29,202 bases of DNA from Deferrisomatales bacterium (lineage in GTDB: Bacteria > Desulfobacterota > Deferrisomatia > Deferrisomatales > JACRMM01). The position numbers were made by a program, and so were the translations under genes. Below, in pieces: positions 8,308 to 16,522 of the stretch (position 1 is its first letter; each line of letters starts with the position of its first letter). The stretch lies in the NCBI GenBank assembly GCA_033551855.1, contig JAWSUI010000045.1, forward strand, positions 1 through 29,202, in the 5' to 3' direction. The notes under the pieces are model-generated. The model did no database searches, was not told the origin of the DNA, and was given only the letters and a program-made list of their open reading frames with translations.

Positions 8308-9948
8308 ATGCTCCGCATTGTCGCCGCCCTCCTGCTGTGCTGGACCGGCACGGCGTTCGCCGCCGGCGGGGTCGAGGTGCCGTGGCTCGAGAAACCCCAG
8401 CCGGGCGTCGAGGACCCCCTCGCGGGACGGTTGGTCTATCTCCCGGACGACCTGCGCCAGGCCCAGCAGCTCCTCCACGGGTGGAACCGGGCAGTGGCCG
8501 CCGGCGCGCTCGACCCGGCCGAGTGGCGTGTCCCCCAACTCGAAGAGCTCTACGGCCCCGCCGGCTCCCCGGAGGGCCTGTGGGCGTCGCCGAGGAGCCG
8601 CGCGCTGTACGAAGGGATCGACGAAGAGCGCCGGGAGCTGCGTAGGGGGCTCGTCTTCGATCTGCAGCACCGGCGCGACCTGTCGGGCGTCCTCCTGCTC
8701 GCCGCGCCCGCCGAGTTGGCGCCGAGGCTCCAGTCCTTCGTGGACAGTGCCTGGCTCGAGGCGGGGCACTACGCGCCCCCCCGACCGGTCCCGCCGCCGG
8801 GGTCCTTCGAGGCCGACCGGGCCCTGCGCGAGCTCGCGGCTACCAGCGGTCTGGCCCAGATCACCTTGGCGAACTACCTGATGATCGCCGTGGGGCTGGG
8901 GCTCCTGTACCTCGGTATCGCCAAGGGCTTCGAGCCCCTGCTCCTAGTGCCCATCGCGACCGGCTGCATCCTGGTCAACGCCGTGGGGGCCAACATGGCC
9001 GGCGCGCCGGGCACCGACGCGGCGGGGCTCCTGGGCTACTTCTACGAGTACGGGATCAAGACCGGCATCTTTCCCCTCATGATCTTCCTGGGGGTGGGCG
9101 CCCTCACCGACTTCGGGCCCCTGCTCGCCAATCCCTCCACCGCCCTCCTGGGAGCTGCGGCCCAACTGGGGATCTTCGGCACCTTCTTCGTGGCCGCGTG
9201 GCTCATCCCGTGGTTCGACATGCGGGAGGCCGCCGCCATCGCCATCATCGGGGGGGCCGACGGGCCCACGTCGATCTACGTGTCCTCCAAGCTCGCACCC
9301 CACCTCCTGGGTGCCGTCGCCGTGGCGGCCTACAGCTACATGGCCCTCGTCCCGATCCTCCAGCCGCCCATCATGCGGGCCCTCACGACCGAGGCCGAGC
9401 GCACCGTGATCATGCGCCAGCTCAAGCCCGTGTCCAAACAGGCCAAGATCGCGTTCCCCATCGCCGTGACCCTGCTGTGCATCCTCACCCTGCCCGACGC
9501 GGTTCCCCTCGTGGGGATGCTCATGTTCGGCAACCTGCTCCGGGAATCGGGGGTGACCCAGCGGCTGGCCAAGGCCTCCCAGAACGAGATCATCAACATC
9601 ACGACCATCCTTCTGGGTACCGCCGTGGGGACGAAGCTCTCCGCAGAGGCGTTCCTCAACGTCCAGACCCTGGCCATCGTCGTGCTGGGGTGCGCTGCGT
9701 TCTGCCTGGGAACCGCCGGCGGGGTGCTCGTCGGGAAGCTCATGTGCTGGGTGACCGGGGGCAAGGTCAACCCGCTCATCGGGGCTGCGGGTGTCTCGGC
9801 CGTGCCCATGGCGGCCCGGGTCGCCCAGACGGTGGGGCAGCAGTCCAACCCTCGCAACTTCCTCCTGATGCACGCCATGGGCCCGAACGTGGCGGGCGTC
9901 ATCGGCTCGGCCGTGGCCGCGGGCATCCTGCTGGCGCTCCTCAAATAG
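8308..9948 (+). CDS. oadB: Na+-translocating decarboxylase beta subunit with N-terminal extension
   Basis: Motifs [66 protein letters not shown] and [22 protein letters not shown] precedes ATG 8308. Confidence 0.93.
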   Translation: MLRIVAALLLCWTGTAFAAGGVEVPWLEKPQPGVEDPLAGRLVYLPDDLRQAQQLLHGWNRAVAAGALDPAEWRVPQLEELYGPAGSPEGLWASPRSRALYEGIDEERRELRRGLVFDLQHRRDLSGVLLLAAPAELAPRLQSFVDSAWLEAGHYAPPRPVPPPGSFEADRALRELAATSGLAQITLANYLMIAVGLGLLYLGIAKGFEPLLLVPIATGCILVNAVGANMAGAPGTDAAGLLGYFYEYGIKTGIFPLMIFLGVGALTDFGPLLANPSTALLGAAAQLGIFGTFFVAAWLIPWFDMREAAAIAIIGGADGPTSIYVSSKLAPHLLGAVAVAAYSYMALVPILQPPIMRALTTEAERTVIMRQLKPVSKQAKIAFPIAVTLLCILTLPDAVPLVGMLMFGNLLRESGVTQRLAKASQNEIINITTILLGTAVGTKLSAEAFLNVQTLAIVVLGCAAFCLGTAGGVLVGKLMCWVTGGKVNPLIGAAGVSAVPMAARVAQTVGQQSNPRNFLLMHAMGPNVAGVIGSAVAAGILLALLK

Positions 9949-9955
9949 CCCCGGC

Positions 9956-10040
9956 CCCCGGAATTCGCGACCGGATTCTGGGGCGGAGTCCGGGAGCCCA
10001 GGAGGGCAGCCCCGCACCGCCTCCACCGACCCGCCGAGGC
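9956..10040 (+). repeat. Dispersed hairpin repeat, copy D (left half only)
   Basis: 9979-10029 matches 18965-19015 at 48/51 nt. Confidence 0.85.
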
Positions 10041-10054
10041 CCCCTTCCTCTGCT

Positions 10055-10082
10055 TTCACTTCTCGCCGCCCTCGGCTAGAAT
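10055..10082 (+). promoter_or_regulatory. Putative sigma70 promoter for the phosphofructokinase gene
   Basis: TTCACT-N16-TAGAAT, then SD AAGGAGG at 10101-10107. Confidence 0.4.
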
Positions 10083-10114
10083 TTTCCATCCCATCGGGGA
10101 AAGGAGGGATCACC

Positions 10115-11278
10115 GTGTCCAAGCCGCGGGCCATCGCGATTCTCACCGGCGGGGGGGACGTACCGGGACTCAACCCCTGCATCAAGACCCTCGCCTACCG
10201 GGCGATCGAGGAAGGGGTCCGGGTCCTCGGGGTGCGCCGGGGGTGGGCGGGGCTGCTCCACTACAACCCGGACGACCCCGACAGCTTCGGCGAGCACCTC
10301 CAGTGGCTCGACAAGAACATGGTCCGGACCATCGACCGGACCGGGGGCACCTATCTGCACACCTCCCGCACGAATCCGGCCGCGGTGCGGGCCCGGGACG
10401 TGCCCGACTTCCTCCGGGACCGGGTGGTTCCCGGGCAGGAGCGCACCGACCTCACGGCCCACGTCCTCTCGAACCTGGATCGGCTCGGAGTGGACGCCCT
10501 CATCCCCATCGGGGGCGACGACACGCTGAGCTTCGGGGAGCGCCTGCACCGGGAGAAGTTTCCGGTCATCGCCGTGCCCAAGACCATGGACAACGACGTC
10601 TACGGCACGGACTACTGCATCGGCTTCTCCACGGCGGTGACCCGAAGCGTGAACTTCATTCACGCCCTGCGAACCTCTGCGGGCTCCCACGAGCGGATCG
10701 CGGTGGTGGAGCTCTTCGGGCGCTACTGCGGAGAAACCTCCCTCGTGGCCGCCTACCTCTCGGGGGCGGACCGCGCGGTCATCTCCGAGGTGCCCTTCGA
10801 CCCGGAGCGGCTGGCCCGGCTGGTGCAGGAGGACAAGCGGGCGAACCCCAGCAACTACGCCATGGTCACGATCTCCGAGGGGGCGAGGACCGCCGGGGGG
10901 GAGATGCGGCTGTCCGGGGACGAGGACCCCTACGGCCACCGCAAGCTCGGGGGCATCGGCGCCGAGACCGGCGCGATGCTCAAGCGCTTCACCGGGGAGG
11001 ACATCATCTTCCAGCAGCTCTCCTACCTGATGCGCAGCGGGGCGCCGGACTCCCTCGATCTCATGGTGGCGGTGAACTTCGCCAGCATGGCCGTCGGGCT
11101 CGCCCTGGACGGGACCTCGGGAAGGCTGGTGGCCCTCTCCCGCGGCACCTACACGGACATCCCCCTGAGCACGGTGGCCGAGGGGAGGAAACGGGTGGAC
11201 GTGGAGGAGCTCTACGACGCCGAGCAGTACCGCCCCAGGGTCCGGCACGTCCCCGGCAAGCCCATGTTCCTGTATTGA
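10115..11278 (+). CDS. PfkA-family 6-phosphofructokinase with PPi-type signature
   Basis: Motifs [41 protein letters not shown] and [11 protein letters not shown] start with a strong SD. Confidence 0.92.
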   Translation: MSKPRAIAILTGGGDVPGLNPCIKTLAYRAIEEGVRVLGVRRGWAGLLHYNPDDPDSFGEHLQWLDKNMVRTIDRTGGTYLHTSRTNPAAVRARDVPDFLRDRVVPGQERTDLTAHVLSNLDRLGVDALIPIGGDDTLSFGERLHREKFPVIAVPKTMDNDVYGTDYCIGFSTAVTRSVNFIHALRTSAGSHERIAVVELFGRYCGETSLVAAYLSGADRAVISEVPFDPERLARLVQEDKRANPSNYAMVTISEGARTAGGEMRLSGDEDPYGHRKLGGIGAETGAMLKRFTGEDIIFQQLSYLMRSGAPDSLDLMVAVNFASMAVGLALDGTSGRLVALSRGTYTDIPLSTVAEGRKRVDVEELYDAEQYRPRVRHVPGKPMFLY

Positions 11279-11314
11279 GGTGTTGCCCACGTTCGCTCCC
11301 CCTCGAAGTAGGGG

Positions 11315-11343
11315 CGCCCGCCGCTCGGAGGGGGCGGCGGGCG
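11315..11343. terminator. GC-rich hairpin between the pfk gene and yajD
   Basis: Perfect 10-bp stem cgcccgccgc/gcggcgggcg with no U tract. Confidence 0.35.
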
Positions 11344-11385
11344 ACTGTCACGCCGGTTCCGCGCAGCCGGCCGCGGAGGGTTTGG

Positions 11386-11847
11386 ATGGCCCGGTACAGC
11401 TTCGGGAGCAAGGCCGGAAAGGTCCGGGCCCGGACCGCTTCCGGCGGAGCCCCGCCCAAGGAAGCGGACGAGGTGGTCCGGGCCCTCAAGCAGGAGGCGC
11501 GGAAGCCCCCCGGGGAAGACTACAGGGAGCGGTCCCTGGCCCTCCACGGCACGGTGTGCGCCCGGTGCGGCAGGGACTTCGCGGGGAAGGACCTGAAGCT
11601 CCTCACGGTGCACCACCGGGACGGCGACCACCGGAACAACCCCGCCGACGGGAGCAACTGGGAGAACCTTTGCGTCTACTGCCACGACGACGCCCACAGT
11701 AGGGGCGTGCTGGCCGAGCACGTGGGGGGGCAGGGCGGCAGGGACGAACGGCCCCTGGCCCACGGGGAGGAGGCCGCCGGGGCCGCCGGCCTGGGCGACC
11801 TGCTCCGGCAGGCCTTGGAGCGGAAGGGGAAGCAGACCTCCCGATGA
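11386..11847 (+). CDS. yajD: YajD-family HNH nuclease
   Basis: YRERSL...CARCGRDF...LTVHHRDGDHRNNPADGSNWENLCVYCHDDAHSR. SD GGAGGG precedes ATG 11386. Confidence 0.88.
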   Translation: MARYSFGSKAGKVRARTASGGAPPKEADEVVRALKQEARKPPGEDYRERSLALHGTVCARCGRDFAGKDLKLLTVHHRDGDHRNNPADGSNWENLCVYCHDDAHSRGVLAEHVGGQGGRDERPLAHGEEAAGAAGLGDLLRQALERKGKQTSR

Positions 11848-13055
11848 CGCCTGCCGCCCGCCGGGGGCGCTTCCTGCCCCGCCTGGCTCTGCTCCTGGCG
11901 GTCGCGGCCGCGGCAGGCTACGGATTGTGGGTCCTTACCCGGTCCCGGCCCGTGGCCGTGACGCTCGTCGCCCTGGAGAGGGGACGGGTGGAGGCGACGG
12001 TGGTCAACACCCGGGCGGGCACCGTCAACGCGTGTCGTCGGGCTCGGCTCGCTCCCGCCGTGGGGGGTTCCATCGCCCGGCTCCCGGTTCGGGAGGGCGA
12101 CCGCGTCCAGGCCGGACAGATCCTCCTGGAGCTCTGGAACGACGATCTCCGGGCCGCCCTCGTCCTGGCCGAACGGGAGGCGGAGGCTGCGGCGGCCCGG
12201 GCCGAGGAGGCCTGCGCCACGGCGGAGGTGGCCGAGCGCGAGGCGGCGCGGCTCGATCGGCTCCTGCGCCAGGGGGTCGCCACCGAAGAGGCGGTCGATC
12301 GGTCGGCGGGGGAGGCCCGGGCCCGGCGGGCGGGCTGCTCCGCGGCGACCTCGAGCGCCCAGGTGAGCACCGCCCGGGTCGCGGTGGCCCGGGCCAACCT
12401 CGACCGCACCATCCTGCGCGCCCCGTTCGCGGGCACCGTGGCGGAGGTGAACGGCGAGCTGGGGGAGGTGGTCACCCCTTCCCCCATCGGGGTTCCAACC
12501 CTGCCCGCCATCGACCTCCTCGACGACCGGTGCCTCTACGTCACGGCCCCCATCGACGAAGTGGACGCCCCAGCGGTCCGGCCCGGCCTGCCGGTCCGGG
12601 TGAGCCTCGACGCCTTCCCCGGGCGCCGCTATCCGGGGGTGGTGCAGCGGGTTGCGCCCTACGTGCTGGACCTGGAGAGGCAGGCCCGCACCGTGGACGT
12701 GGAAGTGGCGTTCGACGCCCCGGAGGACCTAGGCGGGCTCCTGCCCGGCTACAGCGCCGACGTGGAGGTGATCCTGGACACCCGGGAGGCGGTGCTTCGT
12801 GTGCCGACCCAGGCGGTGCTCGAGGGCCACCGGGTGCTCGTCTACCGTGAGCGCCCGGGGCGCCGGCCGGGGGCGCCGGGCGAGGGCGTCCTCGAAGAAA
12901 GGCCCTTCGAGCCGGGGTTGGCGAGTTGGGAGCACATCGAGGTGCGCTCGGGGCTGGAGGAGGGGGAGTCGTTGGTCCTTTCGGTGGACCGGGAGGGAGT
13001 GCGGGACGGCGCCCGTGCCGCACCGGAGGGGGGAGGGGGGACGCGGCGGCCGTGA
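11844..13055 (+). CDS. Periplasmic adaptor (membrane fusion protein, MacA-like)
   Basis: N-terminal TM anchor, lipoyl-like GGSIARLPVREGDRVQAGQIL and ILRAPFAGTV, a helical hairpin and a beta-barrel region. ATGA overlap with yajD. Confidence 0.9.
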   Translation: MTPAARRGRFLPRLALLLAVAAAAGYGLWVLTRSRPVAVTLVALERGRVEATVVNTRAGTVNACRRARLAPAVGGSIARLPVREGDRVQAGQILLELWNDDLRAALVLAEREAEAAAARAEEACATAEVAEREAARLDRLLRQGVATEEAVDRSAGEARARRAGCSAATSSAQVSTARVAVARANLDRTILRAPFAGTVAEVNGELGEVVTPSPIGVPTLPAIDLLDDRCLYVTAPIDEVDAPAVRPGLPVRVSLDAFPGRRYPGVVQRVAPYVLDLERQARTVDVEVAFDAPEDLGGLLPGYSADVEVILDTREAVLRVPTQAVLEGHRVLVYRERPGRRPGAPGEGVLEERPFEPGLASWEHIEVRSGLEEGESLVLSVDREGVRDGARAAPEGGGGTRRP

Positions 13056-13732
13056 TCGAGCTCACGGGTCTCACTCGGGTTTACCCCGTGGGGGATCAGG
13101 AGGTGCGCGCCCTCGACGGCGTGACCCTGCGGGTGGCGAAGGGCGAGCACGTGGCCATCATGGGGCCTTCGGGCTCCGGAAAGTCGACCCTGCTGCACGT
13201 GCTCGGGCTGCTGGACCGTCCGACCGGCGGCACGTACCGGCTCGACGGCAGGGACGTCACGGACCTCGGGGACGAGGACCAGGCCGCGACCCGGCGGGAC
13301 AAGATCGGTTTCGTCTTCCAGTTCTTCCACCTGGTGCCTCGGCTCACGGCAGAGCAGAACGTGGAGCTGCCCCTGACCCTGGCGGGGGTGGAGCCGGGGG
13401 AGCGGAGGGTCCGCGTCCGGGCGGCCCTCGAGGCCGTGGGGCTGGCGGACCGGCTCGGCCACCGCCCGGACCAGCTCTCCGGGGGGCAGCGGCAGAGGGT
13501 GGCGGTCGCCCGGGCCACCGTGACCCGGCCGGCGATCCTCCTGGCGGACGAGCCCACGGGCAACCTCGACCGGGCCTCGGGCAGGGAGGTCGTGCAACTC
13601 CTCGAGGAGCTCAACGGCCAGGGGCTGACCCTCCTGGTGGTCACCCACGACCCGGAGATCGGGGAGCGGGCGCGGCGCCGGATCCGGATGGTGGACGGCC
13701 GGGTAGCCGAGGACACGGGGGCGGGCGGGTGA
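13052..13732 (+). CDS. ABC transporter ATP-binding protein (LolD/MacB-type)
   Basis: Motifs GPSGSGKST, IGFVFQFFHL, LSGGQRQRVAVARA, LADEPTGNLD and VVTHD. GTGA overlap. Confidence 0.93.
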   Translation: MIELTGLTRVYPVGDQEVRALDGVTLRVAKGEHVAIMGPSGSGKSTLLHVLGLLDRPTGGTYRLDGRDVTDLGDEDQAATRRDKIGFVFQFFHLVPRLTAEQNVELPLTLAGVEPGERRVRVRAALEAVGLADRLGHRPDQLSGGQRQRVAVARATVTRPAILLADEPTGNLDRASGREVVQLLEELNGQGLTLLVVTHDPEIGERARRRIRMVDGRVAEDTGAGG

Positions 13733-14937
13733 GGCCGGGCGACGTGGCGGGGTTCTCCCTGCGAAGCCTGTGGGGCTACCCGCTGCGAAGCGGCCTGACG
13801 CTGCTCGCCATGGCTGTGGGCGTCGCCTCCGTGGTGGTCCTGACCTCCCTCGGGGAGGCAGCCCGGCGCTACGTAGCCGGCGAGTTCACCTCCCTGGGCA
13901 CACACCTGCTCATCGTCGTGCCGGGCCGGTCCGAGACGGCGGGGGCGATCCCCAACGTCTTCGTGGGGCAGACCCCCCGCGACCTCACGATCGCCGATGC
14001 GTCGGCCTTGACCCGGAGCGCAGCGGTGGTGCGGGTGGCCCCCGTGAGCATCGGCTCGGCGCCGGTGGCCTGGGGGGGGCGGGAGCGGGAGGTCCCGGTC
14101 CTCGGGTCCACGGCGGAGCTCCTTCCCCTGCGGCGCTGGGCCTTGGCCCAGGGAACGTTCCTTCCCCCGGGGGATCCCGAGCGGGTCTCGGCCGTGTGCG
14201 TCCTCGGGGCGGCGCTGCGGCGGGAGTTGTTCGGCCCAGCCCAGGCCCTGGGACAGTGGGTCCGGATCGGGGACCGGCGGTTCCGGGTCATCGGGGTGCT
14301 GGCCTCCGAGGGGCGCTCGATCGGGGTGGACGTGGAGGAGGTGGTCGTGGTGCCGGTGGCCTCCGCCCAGATGCTGTTCAACAACCCGTCCCTGGCGCGC
14401 ATCCTCGTGGAAGCCCGGAGCCGGGAGGCCATCCCGCGGGCGGCCGCCGCCACGGTGGCCATTCTCAAGGAGCGCCACCAGGGGGAGGAGGACGTGACCG
14501 TCATCGCCCAGGATGCGCTGCTCGCGACCTTCGACCGCATCCTCAGGGCGCTCACCCTCACGGTGGCGGGCATCGGGGCCGTGAGCCTGGTGGTGGCGGG
14601 GATCCTGGTGATGAACGTCATGCTGGTGGTGGTCTCCCAGCGCCGGTCCGAGATCGGCCTCCTCAAGGCGTTGGGGGCCACCGGGCGGTCCATCCGGGCG
14701 CTGTTTCTGGCGGAGGCCTCCCTCCTCTCCCTCGCCGGGGCGGGGGTGGGGATCCTCCTCGGGCAGGCGGGCAGTTGGGGCCTGGCCCAGGCGTACCCGG
14801 CGCTCCCCTTCGGGGCGCCGCCGTGGGCCGCCGCGGCGGCCGCGGGGGTGGCGTTGGCCACGGGCCTGCTCTTCGGGGTCCTGCCCGCCCGGCGGGCGGC
14901 CCGCCTGGACCCGGTCGAAGCCCTGGCCCGGCGGTAG
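13729..14937 (+). CDS. ABC transporter permease (MacB/FtsX family)
   Basis: LRSGLTLLAMAVGVASVV, a periplasmic domain, GILVMNVMLVVVSQRRSEIGLLKALGA and PARRAARLDPVEAL. GTGA overlap. Confidence 0.92.
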   Translation: MRPGDVAGFSLRSLWGYPLRSGLTLLAMAVGVASVVVLTSLGEAARRYVAGEFTSLGTHLLIVVPGRSETAGAIPNVFVGQTPRDLTIADASALTRSAAVVRVAPVSIGSAPVAWGGREREVPVLGSTAELLPLRRWALAQGTFLPPGDPERVSAVCVLGAALRRELFGPAQALGQWVRIGDRRFRVIGVLASEGRSIGVDVEEVVVVPVASAQMLFNNPSLARILVEARSREAIPRAAAATVAILKERHQGEEDVTVIAQDALLATFDRILRALTLTVAGIGAVSLVVAGILVMNVMLVVVSQRRSEIGLLKALGATGRSIRALFLAEASLLSLAGAGVGILLGQAGSWGLAQAYPALPFGAPPWAAAAAAGVALATGLLFGVLPARRAARLDPVEALARR

Positions 14938-14998
14938 CCGTGAGCGAGACCTGTCCTGCTTGGATCCGGGGCCGCCGTCGCGGGGAGGGCGGTGCCCC

Positions 14999-16198
14999 GT
15001 GAGGGGCCTCGACTTCGTCCGGCTAACGGCCGGCGCCGCCCGTTCCCAGCCCCTGCGCAGCTTCCTCACCGGCTTGGGGATCGCCGTGGGCATCGCCTCG
15101 GTCGTCCTTCTCACCTCCATCGGGGAAGGGGTCCAGCGCTTCGTCCTCGCGGAGTTCACCCAGTTCGGCACGAACCTGGTGAGCGTGAACCCGGGCCGTG
15201 CCACGACCTTCGGTGCGTCGGTGGGCATCTTCGGCACGGTCCGGCCACTTACCTTGGCCGACGCCGAAGCGCTTCGGCGCGTGCCCCACGTGCGGGCCGT
15301 GGTGCCGGTGGTCCAGGGCAATGCCGAGGTGCAGGGCGGCGGGCGCCGCCGGCGTGTGACCGTCTACGGGGTGGGACCCTCCTTTCCGGAGGTCTTCGCC
15401 TTCGGGGTCGCCTCGGGGACCTTCCTCCCCGCCGACGACCCCGAGGCCCCCCGGGCGTTCGCCGTGCTGGGGAGCCGGCTCCGAGGGGAGCTCTTCGGCG
15501 CGGAGAACCCCCTGGGCCGGACCGTCCGGGTGGGGGGTAGCCGCTACCGGGTGGTCGGCGCCATGGAGTCCAAGGGTCAAGTGCTCGGGTTCGACCTGGA
15601 CGACACGGTCTACCTGCCCGCCGCGCGGGCCCTGGAGCTCTTCAACCGGGACAGCCTCATGGAGGTCGATCTCCTGTACGCGGAGGGGGCGCCCGTCGAG
15701 GAGGTTGTGGCCGGGGTTCGCCGGATCCTCACGGCCCGCCACGGACGCGAGGATTTCACGATCACGACCCAACAGCAGATGCTCGACGTGCTCGGGGGGG
15801 TCCTGGGGGTGCTGACCTTCGCGGTCGGCGCCCTCGGCGCCATCTCGCTCCTGGTCGGGGGGATCGGGATCCTGACCATCATGACCATCGCCGTGGCGGA
15901 GCGCACCGGCGAGGTGGGGCTGCTGCGGGCGCTGGGGGCGCGGCGGGGGCAGGTGCTCGGCCTCTTCCTGGGGGAGGCGGCGGTCCTCGGCGCTGCGGGT
16001 GGCTTGGCAGGCCTCGTTCTCGGGGCGGGGGGCGCCCGCCTCCTCCACTTGGCTGTTCCCGCCCTTCCGGTCTACACGTCCTGGCCCATCGCGCTCCTGG
16101 CCGTGGGGGTCGCGGTCTCGGTCGGCCTCACGGCGGGAGTCCTGCCGGCCTTGCGCGCCGCGCAGCTCGATCCCGTGGAGGCCCTCCGGGCGGAGTGA
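14999..16198 (+). CDS. Second ABC transporter permease (MacB/FtsX family)
   Basis: LRSFLTGLGIAVGIASVV, GGIGILTIMTIAVAERTGEVGLLRALGA and PALRAAQLDPVEALRAE. The start is inferred at GTG 14999 after GGGGAGGG. Confidence 0.92.
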   Translation: MRGLDFVRLTAGAARSQPLRSFLTGLGIAVGIASVVLLTSIGEGVQRFVLAEFTQFGTNLVSVNPGRATTFGASVGIFGTVRPLTLADAEALRRVPHVRAVVPVVQGNAEVQGGGRRRRVTVYGVGPSFPEVFAFGVASGTFLPADDPEAPRAFAVLGSRLRGELFGAENPLGRTVRVGGSRYRVVGAMESKGQVLGFDLDDTVYLPAARALELFNRDSLMEVDLLYAEGAPVEEVVAGVRRILTARHGREDFTITTQQQMLDVLGGVLGVLTFAVGALGAISLLVGGIGILTIMTIAVAERTGEVGLLRALGARRGQVLGLFLGEAAVLGAAGGLAGLVLGAGGARLLHLAVPALPVYTSWPIALLAVGVAVSVGLTAGVLPALRAAQLDPVEALRAE

Positions 16199-16203
16199 GG
16201 ACC

Positions 16204-16411
16204 CCCGGAATCCACCGTCAGATCTTCGGGCGGGGTCGGAGGAGCCGTGGAGCGCAACCCCGTACCGCCTCGACCGATGGGCCCAGGCCCGCAGAAACGG
16301 GTGAAGCGGGGCGTACCCGCTTCCTCGCCAACGCCGCGTCCGGATATCACGGATTGCGGGGTGGAGCGGAGGGGCTCCCCGACCCCGAGCACATGCCGGC
16401 GTGGATCCGGG
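16204..16411 (+). repeat. Dispersed ~210-nt hairpin repeat, copy B (full length)
   Basis: Outer stem cccgga(a)tccac/gtggatccggg and inner stem cggggtcgg(a)ggagcc/ggctccccgaccccg. Near-identical to copy A. Confidence 0.9.
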
Positions 16412-16522
16412 AGCCCCCGAGGTGTTGTGTAGAAACGTTCGACTCTGGTATGTAGGAGATGTTCGACCTGCGTTTGGTTGGCTGGGTGGCGACGGCCCAG
16501 CAGCGGTGCTCGGGGAGGCCGG

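Noticed and set aside
11308..11343. GTAG-type REP (GTAGGGGCG plus hairpin)
   Set aside because: There is a single copy in the window with no inverted partner, and the palindrome register does not match a typical GTAG REP. It is kept only as a generic hairpin.
11670..11686. CxxCH (CVYCH) as a c-type heme site
   Set aside because: It is the Zn-binding and HNH motif of a cytoplasmic YajD nuclease with no export signal.
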